This document shows, in pieces, positions 1 to 7,781 of a stretch of 24,447 bases of DNA. The stretch is from a virus. Taxonomy: Duplodnaviria; Caudoviricetes. The notes under the pieces were generated by a model. The model was not told the origin of the DNA. It saw only the letters and a program-made list of their open reading frames with translations, and made no database searches. The stretch covers positions 1 to 24,447 of IMG/VR virus record IMGVR_UViG_3300020044_003100. One strand, written 5' to 3'. The stretch's first letter is position 1. Each line of letters opens with the position of its first letter. The translations under genes were made by a program, and so were the position numbers.

Positions 1-1172
1 TGTGTACTGATGTTTGGAGGCAGGAAGGGCTTAAATGGGCTTCTAGCATATTCATTGAAATAGCGATAGGAACTGCTAAGAACAGAATAGCAGCGTTTAA
101 TTGCGCTGCTAATGTAATCGTAACGAATTACGATAATTTGTTATGGCTTTGCCGTGAACGTCCAGACTTGCTTCAAGGCTTTGACGGCATCGTTTTTGAC
201 GAGCTGACACGTTTGAAGAACCCATCTGGATCACGCTTTAAAGCCTTGTTCAAAGTAATAGACCTGTTCAAGATTCGTTGGGGCTTGACCGGATCGTTCA
301 CTAGCAATGGTTTAGAAGATGTGTTTGGGCAATGTAAAGTAGTAGACCAATCATTGCTAGGCAGAAGCAAAAACGCTTTCCTACAACAGTATTTTGTTCT
401 GATGAATCGTGATTATGGTGAATGGGCTGCACGGCCTGACTCCTTACCTAAGATTATGAAAACTATCAAACCTGCTACCTATCTGTTAGATGCAGGTGAT
501 TACGCTGATCTGATGCCACCTTTGCACATGGTTGAGATTAAGTGCCAAATGGATATGGAACACTATAATACTATGAAGAAGGATTTAGTCGTAGCGTTTC
601 CCAGTGCAACTGCGGTTGCAACTAATCTTGCAGTAGTGACAGGTAAACTTCAGCAAATGAGTTCTGGGTTTGTTTATCACTCAACATCTTCGCCCAGTAA
701 GTCGCCAGGTAAATTCAACACTTCCACACAATCAATATGGTTTTCTAGCCATAAATTCGATAGATTAGAAGAATTGCTTGCAGAAAATCAAAGAGACTGT
801 ACAATGATTTTTTACACCTACAAGGAAGAACTTGAAGAACTCAAACGGAGATACCCTCACGCTCAAACATTAGATGATCCTGATGCCGTTGAGCGCTGGA
901 ATACTGGGCAGATTGAGTTGTTGTTGGCGCACCCTAAAAGCGCAGGGCATGGCTTGAATCTTCAGCATCACGGCAATAAGATAGTGTTTTTATCGTTGCC
1001 GTGGTCATTGGAGTATTTTGAACAGGCAATCGGGCGCATTCATCGGAGTGGTCAGAAACGTGAAGTGTGGTGTTATATTTTAATGACTGAAAATACTATA
1101 GACGAGCGCATTTATTCTGTCTTACAAGAAAAATGTACTTTATCTGAAATCGCAATAGAGGAACTACGATGA
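1..1172 (+). CDS. SNF2-family (SF2) phage helicase, 5'-truncated
   Basis: The frame is open from position 3 (CTDVWRQEGLKW...VIVTNYDNL), so the true start lies upstream of the window. Motifs: Walker B-like IVFDELTRLKN, motif III GLTGS, motif V HPKSAGHGLNLQ, motif VI EQAIGRIHRSGQ. Confidence 0.93.
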   Translation, partial: CTDVWRQEGLKWASSIFIEIAIGTAKNRIAAFNCAANVIVTNYDNLLWLCRERPDLLQGFDGIVFDELTRLKNPSGSRFKALFKVIDLFKIRWGLTGSFTSNGLEDVFGQCKVVDQSLLGRSKNAFLQQYFVLMNRDYGEWAARPDSLPKIMKTIKPATYLLDAGDYADLMPPLHMVEIKCQMDMEHYNTMKKDLVVAFPSATAVATNLAVVTGKLQQMSSGFVYHSTSSPSKSPGKFNTSTQSIWFSSHKFDRLEELLAENQRDCTMIFYTYKEELEELKRRYPHAQTLDDPDAVERWNTGQIELLLAHPKSAGHGLNLQHHGNKIVFLSLPWSLEYFEQAIGRIHRSGQKREVWCYILMTENTIDERIYSVLQEKCTLSEIAIEELR

Positions 1173-1354
1173 AATTAAGTTGGAGAAGTTTAAACGAGGT
1201 ACTGGCAGGTATGAATGAAGAAGAAGTTCTTAAACTTCTTGAGGAAGAAAAAACAGGTGCTAGACGTGCGATGGTTATGATACGGCTACATCAACGTTTT
1301 TGCACCTTGAGGATGGCAAGGGAGCGCAATCAACTATTCGGAGAGCAACAATGA
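1169..1354 (+). CDS. Small helical hypothetical phage protein (61 aa)
   Basis: ATGA overlap with the helicase stop, GAGG upstream of the start, and ATGA overlap with the next gene. Confidence 0.75.
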   Translation: MKLSWRSLNEVLAGMNEEEVLKLLEEEKTGARRAMVMIRLHQRFCTLRMARERNQLFGEQQ

Positions 1355-1698
1355 TATTCTATAACTGTGAAGAAATCGAACAAAAATTGTATAAATCACG
1401 ATTAATGAACCTATTTTTAATGGTTTTGCTCATTATATCGTTAATGTTTAACTTTAAAGATGCATTTTCGGCATCTTTATACGCCCCCGATGGAACTTAT
1501 TTAGGTGAAATGACTTCTAATCCGATGGCAATTAATTCCATTAGCAACCCCTTATCGCAATACGGATCACCTTTATCAAATACCAGTATTAACAATCCTT
1601 ATTCGCAGTACGGTTCAGAGTTGAGCAATCAAAGCCCAAATAACCCGTATGCGTCTACGCCAACAGTAGAGCCGCCTCCTTCGCTCTACGAACAGTAA
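1351..1698 (+). CDS. Putative exported or membrane-anchored protein with S-I-x-N-P-x-S-Q-Y-G-S repeats (115 aa)
   Basis: Start moved to ATG 1351 (GGAG upstream, ATGA coupling). Hydrophobic stretch LMNLFLMVLLIISLMF ends in AFSA, which resembles a signal peptidase I site. It is followed by DGTYLG and about 2.5 imperfect repeats. Confidence 0.7.
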   Translation: MIFYNCEEIEQKLYKSRLMNLFLMVLLIISLMFNFKDAFSASLYAPDGTYLGEMTSNPMAINSISNPLSQYGSPLSNTSINNPYSQYGSELSNQSPNNPYASTPTVEPPPSLYEQ

Positions 1699-2086
1699 GG
1701 CCTTTTAGCACTTTCCCTGCGGCTTTGTCCCAGCGTTTGATTTCAGACGCTGCGGACACCCAATCACCAACATCGACTTTCTTTTTTAGTGTTGAAGTAG
1801 CGTAGTTACCAACGCCCAAATTATAGATAAAATCAGCGATTGCAGCTTGTTTTTCCATGTTAACTGATGCTAGTATGGGTGAATACTTTATCGCTCTGTT
1901 AAGCACTTCTAATGCGGTTTTAACTAAATCTTCATCAGCTTGGTTTTGAGTCCAAGTCATTCCATCCTTGATATCTTTGGTTTGACCATACCCTATCGTC
2001 CAGATTCCTGCTGGGCATTTATAACTGGTAAGTTTACATCCTTCTGATTCTTTAATTAGCTTGATTAATATCTCTAATGCCGACAT
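1655..2086 (-). CDS. Endolysin, GH24 phage lysozyme
   Basis: Catalytic spacing E15-x8-C24-x5-T30 (EGCKLTSYKCPAGIWTIGYG), plus FIYNLG and C-terminal GLTVRRAKEAALL. No N-terminal SAR helix. Confidence 0.95.
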   Translation of the reverse strand: MSALEILIKLIKESEGCKLTSYKCPAGIWTIGYGQTKDIKDGMTWTQNQADEDLVKTALEVLNRAIKYSPILASVNMEKQAAIADFIYNLGVGNYATSTLKKKVDVGDWVSAASEIKRWDKAAGKVLKGLTVRRAKEAALLLA

Positions 2087-2442
2087 TAACTCAAGAACCG
2101 TAATTTGTAGAGTGTAGATAAGTACGTTTCAACTGCTGTATCAATCAGATTCTGAATGGCGGTATCTTCTTTATCACATACTTTATAACGGTTGTCTTTG
2201 ATCCACTTCACTTGCGCTTGCAATTCGATAATGATTTCTTTGCTATCGGTGTAGCCAAGAATTTCAATATTCTTCATCAAGCCATATTGACCTTGATACG
2301 CTTCAGCGATTGCATCTGCGTTCTCAACAATAGCGTCATAGAAGCTACCTAGTGCCATGTGCTGAGCAAATGATTTAGTTTTTAGGTGTTCTCGATGTGC
2401 TAAATCACGCGCTAAAAACAGTAATGATATTAAATGTTCCAT
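2086..2442 (-). CDS. Ferritin/Dps-like four-helix protein (118 aa)
   Basis: AHREHLKTKSFAQHMALGSFYDAIVENADAIAE mirrors the Dps ferroxidase pattern H...F-x-x-H...YD...D-x-x-AE. Sequence looks all-helical. TAATG coupling to the endolysin. Confidence 0.7.
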   Translation of the reverse strand: MEHLISLLFLARDLAHREHLKTKSFAQHMALGSFYDAIVENADAIAEAYQGQYGLMKNIEILGYTDSKEIIIELQAQVKWIKDNRYKVCDKEDTAIQNLIDTAVETYLSTLYKLRFLS

Positions 2443-2444
2443 CT

Positions 2445-2672
2445 TTATCCTTTTCCAAAAACGTACGCTATAACGGCAAAAATAGCCCCAACAGCAAAAA
2501 CAACTCCACCAAAGAAGCCTTTATTGTTAGCTGAATCTTTCTTAAGTTCGTCTAGTATCATGAATATTCGATCAGACCTTCTGCGTGAATCTTCCAGTTC
2601 TTTATGAAGTTCTTGCGTAAGCCCTTCAATTTTCTGCTCTACTTTAGCCACTCGGCAGTTAAGGTCTGTCAT
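2445..2672 (-). CDS. Coiled-coil protein with C-terminal TM helix, lysis-associated (holin/antiholin or XhlA-like)
   Basis: Heptad-rich N-terminus, hydrophobic GFFGGVVFAVGAIFAVIAYVF at the C-terminus, position within the lysis cassette. Confidence 0.6.
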   Translation of the reverse strand: MTDLNCRVAKVEQKIEGLTQELHKELEDSRRRSDRIFMILDELKKDSANNKGFFGGVVFAVGAIFAVIAYVFGKG

Positions 2673-2679
2673 TATCCAC

Positions 2680-2838
2680 CTAGTCCTTCAACATCATTCC
2701 AAGCCCACCAGCAACGCCACTAGCGAGAATTAAAAGTTGATCTATGGGTTTGCCCATAAAGATAAGGACTGCCCCTGCGATAGCTGTAGCTACCCAAATA
2801 AGACCGCGTTTAGTTGAAGCTTCTGACCAATTTATCAT
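2680..2838 (-). CDS. Putative two-TM holin (52 aa, missing from ORF track)
   Basis: Hand translation: MINWSEASTKRGLIWVATAIAGAVLIFMGKPIDQLLILASGVAGGLGMMLKD. Two hydrophobic segments; fills the gap between 2844 and 2672 upstream of the endolysin. Confidence 0.75.
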   Translation of the reverse strand: MINWSEASTKRGLIWVATAIAGAVLIFMGKPIDQLLILASGVAGGLGMMLKD

Positions 2839-2843
2839 TATCT

Positions 2844-3491
2844 TTACTCATACATTATGTTAATAGAACCAGCATCGAAAGTGTCTGTAGGCGATCCAGT
2901 GGTACTGCCTATGATTCGCAGTTGATCTATTGATCCTGAAACAGTGCATAAACCAGAGTTTACACCTAAAGCACCAGCTCCGGCTTTATTTAGCCCTCCT
3001 GTAGCTACAATAGATGTACTACTCTGTAAACATAGTTGTATTGCCCCAGAAGCTAAATCACCAATAGCTGTGCTTTGAGTTAAAATAAACCCTACGGTGC
3101 TACTATTAGTGCCTACCCCAGCTCCTATAGATGACGCTTGAGAAACATATCCTGTCGTTTGTATAGACCCTACACCCACTTGAATTTGTAATGGGTTTGT
3201 TCCATTTGTACTAACCCCACTAAACATCACAGTCACACGTTTAACCCAAGATGGGATCCCTGTAAAAGTTATAGATGTACCTGACGTTGAAGCTTGGGCT
3301 GTACCTGAAGTTAAAACCCCTGCACCTGTTGGAGTACCAGCAATTACAGGAGAAGTTAAAGTCTGCCCTGTAGCTGTAGTAATAACCGTACCACTAACCG
3401 CTGGCAAAGTTATAGTTGTTGCGCCAGCCACCGCAGGGGCTGCTAATGTTACCGAACCGCTGGTATCCCCACTTACGACAATCTGCGCCAT
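2844..3491 (-). CDS. Tail fibre / receptor-binding-like protein (215 aa)
   Basis: G/T/S-rich beta sequence with N-terminal SGDTSGSVTLAAPAVAG stalk and C-terminal domain starting STSGTSITFTGIPSWVKR. Located in the fibre cluster. Confidence 0.65.
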   Translation of the reverse strand: MAQIVVSGDTSGSVTLAAPAVAGATTITLPAVSGTVITTATGQTLTSPVIAGTPTGAGVLTSGTAQASTSGTSITFTGIPSWVKRVTVMFSGVSTNGTNPLQIQVGVGSIQTTGYVSQASSIGAGVGTNSSTVGFILTQSTAIGDLASGAIQLCLQSSTSIVATGGLNKAGAGALGVNSGLCTVSGSIDQLRIIGSTTGSPTDTFDAGSINIMYE

Positions 3492-3688
3492 TACGCTATC
3501 CCCAATAATACTTTAAGTTCATCCACTGATAAACCAGCATTAGCCAGCTTTTCTTGTGGTGTTAGCTCGACTGGAGCTGGTTGATTAGCTTCAATCTCTG
3601 CTTGTATAGCTTGTGCTTCTTCATCTGTAATCGCTACGCAATCGGCAGGGAGTGTACAACCTAAAGTTCCATCTAAGACAATCGCCAT
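3491..3688 (-). CDS. Small fibre-associated protein, possibly a fibre/chaperone chimera (65 aa)
   Basis: TAATG-coupled on both sides. MAIVLDGTLG start is followed by LPADCVAITDEEA...LTPQEKLANAGLSVDELKVLLG, which resembles a fibre assembly chaperone. Confidence 0.55.
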   Translation of the reverse strand: MAIVLDGTLGCTLPADCVAITDEEAQAIQAEIEANQPAPVELTPQEKLANAGLSVDELKVLLGIA

Positions 3689-3927
3689 TAGTTATTCTCC
3701 AGCACAGGCAGTTGGGCTGCTTTAAGTTCATCAAGTGTAGTCAAGCTATCAACCTGTTTAGTTGCATCTCGTAGCACTTGTTTCTTAGCTTCAATATCAG
3801 CTAGTACAACAGGGTCAGCTAAATTCCTAAGTTGAGCTACATCTAATGCTTGAAGCAATGGTGTACGTTCAGCACGTAGTCTGTCTTTAGTAATTTCTTG
3901 TGCTTTGGTGAAGTTAATTGTAATCAC
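3688..3927 (-). CDS. Putative tail fibre assembly chaperone, helical part (79 aa)
   Basis: Start reassigned to GTG 3927, which overlaps the upstream TGA (GTGA). Motifs RLRAERTPLLQALD and KKQVLRD resemble tail fibre assembly proteins. Confidence 0.65.
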   Translation of the reverse strand: MITINFTKAQEITKDRLRAERTPLLQALDVAQLRNLADPVVLADIEAKKQVLRDATKQVDSLTTLDELKAAQLPVLENN

Positions 3928-4100
3928 GCTGTATACTCCCATGCGTTACGGAATGTTCTATCTGAAGGTATGTCTGTGTCCTCTACAATCTTATAAGGAA
4001 CTCCTTGTGGCACGTCTTTTGCAGCTACTTCCTCAATAGACAATTCACCTGTTGGGTGGATGATTGCAACGCCTGTTTCTGTGGGGTAGAGTATTTTCAT
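3924..4100 (-). CDS. Putative tail fibre assembly protein (58 aa, missing from ORF track)
   Basis: Hand translation: MKILYPTETGVAIIHPTGELSIEEVAAKDVPQGVPYKIVEDTDIPSDRTFRNAWEYTA. Strong SD (AAGGAG) 5 nt before ATG. KDVP..PY.IV...IP.DR..R.AW pattern. Confidence 0.8.
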   Translation of the reverse strand: MKILYPTETGVAIIHPTGELSIEEVAAKDVPQGVPYKIVEDTDIPSDRTFRNAWEYTA

Positions 4101-4109
4101 GGTTGCTCC

Positions 4110-4877
4110 TTATCTAAAAATTGCCACGCTAATTGATGAAAAGTCAGCATAAGCCGCATTGTTACCTGACCCTAGATACTGAAATACGCGGATACTTAGA
4201 CTTGAAGAACTAACTACATTAGCATCGACACTCGGTGTAGAAGTAGAAGCTGAAGGTACTGCTGTAAGGGAAATATACCCAAAAGTATAACTATAATTCG
4301 CATCAGGCAGCGCAGTAGTAAAGTTAACCGTGTAAATCCCAGCTCCGCCATCAGTAATACTCGACACATTTCCACTTGCACGAATAGAATTTACCGCAAA
4401 TGTAATAGACGCAGCCGTTAATACCGTAGTTGCTACCGTTGTAATAGTGAAGGTTGTAAGAGTTAAAACTGTAACCGTATAAGCTCCGGCAACAACACCT
4501 GTCAATGCGTAGACAGAATTTCCAGTAATAAGCCCATGACTATTTGTTGTGGTGATGGTTGCTGTTGTTGATCCAGCAGTTCGTGAAACAGTAGAAGTCC
4601 CCCCTGCAAACGTACCGCTAGTAGTACCATCAAAGTTTACCCAAGCTCTACACATATAAAGAGGAGCTGTGCCTGATATTGTGGGTACTTGAGCTGAGTC
4701 TATAGTTGGTGTTACCAAAGTAGGCGAAGTCAACGAGTTAGCAAAAGTAACCTTCTGACTAGCATCTATACTCAGTGCTGTAACCCCTGCTGTTTGTAGA
4801 GCTAGTACACCCGAAGCATCGCCTGAACTGACAAGCCCACCACCCCCTGCGCTGTTTGCTGAAATTGTTGCTGCCAT
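4110..4877 (-). CDS. Tail fibre-like protein with inserted beta domain (255 aa)
   Basis: RAWVNFDGT...IRASGNVSSITDGGAGIYTVNFTTALPDANY fibre-tip pattern, interrupted by a Thr-rich ~78 aa segment. Confidence 0.7.
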   Translation of the reverse strand: MAATISANSAGGGGLVSSGDASGVLALQTAGVTALSIDASQKVTFANSLTSPTLVTPTIDSAQVPTISGTAPLYMCRAWVNFDGTTSGTFAGGTSTVSRTAGSTTATITTTNSHGLITGNSVYALTGVVAGAYTVTVLTLTTFTITTVATTVLTAASITFAVNSIRASGNVSSITDGGAGIYTVNFTTALPDANYSYTFGYISLTAVPSASTSTPSVDANVVSSSSLSIRVFQYLGSGNNAAYADFSSISVAIFR

Positions 4878-5825
4878 TTAGAGTACCACCCATCGTGAAC
4901 CAGTTGGAACGGTTATAATTATGCCGCTATTGATTGTAATAGGGCCTGTAGACATTGCTGATTTAGTTGAAGTTATCGTATAATTAGTTGTTATAGTTTG
5001 ACTGTTTTCAATGAATACTTGATCGTTACCACCACCACCTGCACCCCCGCCTACCGAACCCCATTGATAATAGGAGTATACGATTGTTCCGGTTGCAGGA
5101 GAAGCCGCAGGAATCGCAGTCATTACATAGGTAAACTGTGTAGGCGATATAACAGTAATAGAAAATTTACCGTTATATAACGAATCAGACGCACCGCTTA
5201 TGATAACTGCATCAAGTGTTGCTCTACCATGAGCGGTAGCTGTTGTAACAGTCGCTAAGGTATTTACACGGGTTATAGACGAAATCGTATTTCCTGTGAA
5301 TAACTTAACGCCTTCATAAGTATTATAGGTTGTGTTAAACCTAAAATAACCTATAGAAGGAAGCGTATCCCGTTGTAAAAGTGTTCCTACTGGTATAATA
5401 GACGATCCAGTTGTTGCAGTATCAGCCGCAACCAGAACCCAAGTTGTACCGTTATAAGCTTCATAACTTCCTAGATCAGTATTATATCTTACATAGCCAA
5501 CAGTAGGTGAAGCATCACGTTGAGCAGTAGTACCAATAGGTAATATAGATGCCCCCGTAGCAGACGTTCTAGGCGTATATCCAGCTAACTGTTCATAACT
5601 AACCGAATCCCCTGAAGCAGCTCCAGCACTTAACCCAGTTAAATGAAACCCTCCCATCGGCAAGTTAGCCGTTGGCGGTGATTGACCATTTCGAGTAACC
5701 GCATTAGACAAACCATTGGCTATGTCATTATTGGTGTTGTTAGTTGTAACTGACGATATTGTTGTTCCGGTAACAACAGGATTGCCAGCAGGTAAAGTAA
5801 ACGTACCAGAGCCATTGTAGGGCAT
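4878..5825 (-). CDS. Proximal tail fibre / fibre adaptor protein (315 aa)
   Basis: N-terminal MPYNGSGTFTLPAGNPVVTGTTISS anchor, two P-x-GT-x-x-QR...G-Y-x-R-x-N-T...YE repeats, poly-Gly linker, C-terminal GPITINSG..TVPTGSRWVVL. First gene after the ejection proteins. Confidence 0.75.
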   Translation of the reverse strand: MPYNGSGTFTLPAGNPVVTGTTISSVTTNNTNNDIANGLSNAVTRNGQSPPTANLPMGGFHLTGLSAGAASGDSVSYEQLAGYTPRTSATGASILPIGTTAQRDASPTVGYVRYNTDLGSYEAYNGTTWVLVAADTATTGSSIIPVGTLLQRDTLPSIGYFRFNTTYNTYEGVKLFTGNTISSITRVNTLATVTTATAHGRATLDAVIISGASDSLYNGKFSITVISPTQFTYVMTAIPAASPATGTIVYSYYQWGSVGGGAGGGGNDQVFIENSQTITTNYTITSTKSAMSTGPITINSGIIITVPTGSRWVVL

Positions 5826-5834
5826 CGTTATTCC

Positions 5835-7781
5835 TTATTGTTGCGTATTTAAACTAGCTGGAGTTAAAGCACCGCCTCTAGCTATCGAAGGGAAAATAGT
5901 TTGCAAGGTTTCCATTACAACTTGTCTATCTTTAGAATGTACGGTGTTTAATAGTTCAACTGCATTTTTACCCGATTTCATTCCTTCTACAAGAGCTTTA
6001 GTTGTTGCAATTCCAATTTTATGCTCTAGCCTATCCATTATAGCATTACCAATAGTAGCTGGACGAGATAGTAAACTAGGAAGTCTAAATTTATAAGTAT
6101 CCTGATCCATAATGTTACCTAATCCTCCTGCACCTGCTTTAGCTTGATTAGCCATATTAATATCACGAAGCGCATAGGCTTTAAGTGCATCTACGGATTT
6201 CATTTGTTCAGGGGTAAGATTCTCAGCTAATGTCCCAGCTTTACCATATTTAGTAGTTTTACCTACAAATTTTTCTTCCCCTGTATCAAGCATTTTTAAT
6301 AGCTGAGGATTACGAACTCCTGTTCCTTCAGGTTTAAAATAAAGTCCTTTTATCGCTTGTAAAATACGTGATTGATTTACAGGCACTGAAAGTTTAGCAA
6401 ACGTTTTTCTAGCTTCACCAAATTTAGGAATGACCTGTTCCATTTGATTAAGAAATTCTTGTCTGACATTACCTGCTTCAACTTGGTAATTTTTACCTGC
6501 TTCAGCAGTAGGGATACCTGTTTGGATATCTTTTAATGCTTTTGCCATTGAAGCGACTGATTTACCTGATATTTCAGGATACTGACCTTCTTGATACCTT
6601 AATATTGGTTGACCAGTAGGAGAAACCAAACTTGTTTGAACTTCACCAGCAGGAATATAGTCGCCCCTAAATAATGGTGGGCTTCCAGGTTGCATTTGTG
6701 AAATCTTTTCAGCCCCTGCAATAGCTCCTGTAGGACGCATACGTTCGATAAGTGCCATATTAGCTTCATTTAAAGGGATAACTTGTTGCTCTCCTTCTTT
6801 ATACATAGGTGAAGTTATAGCTGATCGAGTAGCTTCAGCATTTTTAAGATTAGGTGTGTTTGAAGATAAATTTTTAGCTAATTTATTTTCTTGAGCTTGT
6901 TTTAATAACCTATAAAAGCTTTCTTCATCATTATTTTCAGCGGCCTTTCCTAACGCTTGCCAAGTATCACGATCGATTCCATATCCTGCTTGCGCTGCGG
7001 ATAAATCTTTAGGTGCATTGCGAAGTTTATTTTTCATTTCCGCAATGTTTAATTTAGACCCTAAAACATCTTGCATGATCTTACTTGCGTTAATTTCACC
7101 CATTTTAGGGTTTCGCAAATCAGATACATATTGCGCTACTCTAGTACCTCCTCGGATAGCACTACCAACAACAGGTGATACTGCTCCAATAGAAGCTCCT
7201 ACACCTACTTCTTGAGGGCTCCCGTTTGCTAAAACTGATGATACCCCTCCAATAGTAGCCGCAGCTGGAACGTTATACGCCAAATTTGATAAGATTGTTG
7301 GTTCAGTTGTTAATGCACCTTGAGCTTTTAATGCAGTAGCTAATTTTTCAGCTTTTATAGCCGCTTCACTACCTTTAGTTAATAATTTTGTTCCCGCTGA
7401 TACAGTCCCTCCTAAAACACCGCCAACGGGTAAAGTACCTGCCGTTTCCCCAGCAATATTACCAACTTTAAAAGCTAGAGACTCGGGTTTAACTCCGAGG
7501 TCTAAAAGTTTTTGTGTCGCATAATCTTCAACTTTTGTAGTAGTTTCAGGTACTATTTTACTTGCAACATAATGCGGTATAACTGTAGCGCCTTTAGCGA
7601 TCCCTGCATAAATATCACGCATATTTGATAGTACATGTTTTCCATAATCTACCGCTTTATCAATATTAGTAGGCGCATTATGAAGTGCGTCTATTTGCCT
7701 ATATATTTTTAAAGAAAGATTTTTATCCCCTAATTCAAAAGCTCGTTCAGCATCTTTTTTTAGCTCATTAATATCATCCAT
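5835..7781 (-). CDS. Putative internal virion / DNA ejection protein (648 aa)
   Basis: Large helical Ala/Gly/Lys-rich protein with Gly-rich hydrophobic segments. Occupies the last slot of the podoviral ejection block (synteny only). Confidence 0.6.
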   Translation of the reverse strand: MDDINELKKDAERAFELGDKNLSLKIYRQIDALHNAPTNIDKAVDYGKHVLSNMRDIYAGIAKGATVIPHYVASKIVPETTTKVEDYATQKLLDLGVKPESLAFKVGNIAGETAGTLPVGGVLGGTVSAGTKLLTKGSEAAIKAEKLATALKAQGALTTEPTILSNLAYNVPAAATIGGVSSVLANGSPQEVGVGASIGAVSPVVGSAIRGGTRVAQYVSDLRNPKMGEINASKIMQDVLGSKLNIAEMKNKLRNAPKDLSAAQAGYGIDRDTWQALGKAAENNDEESFYRLLKQAQENKLAKNLSSNTPNLKNAEATRSAITSPMYKEGEQQVIPLNEANMALIERMRPTGAIAGAEKISQMQPGSPPLFRGDYIPAGEVQTSLVSPTGQPILRYQEGQYPEISGKSVASMAKALKDIQTGIPTAEAGKNYQVEAGNVRQEFLNQMEQVIPKFGEARKTFAKLSVPVNQSRILQAIKGLYFKPEGTGVRNPQLLKMLDTGEEKFVGKTTKYGKAGTLAENLTPEQMKSVDALKAYALRDINMANQAKAGAGGLGNIMDQDTYKFRLPSLLSRPATIGNAIMDRLEHKIGIATTKALVEGMKSGKNAVELLNTVHSKDRQVVMETLQTIFPSIARGGALTPASLNTQQ

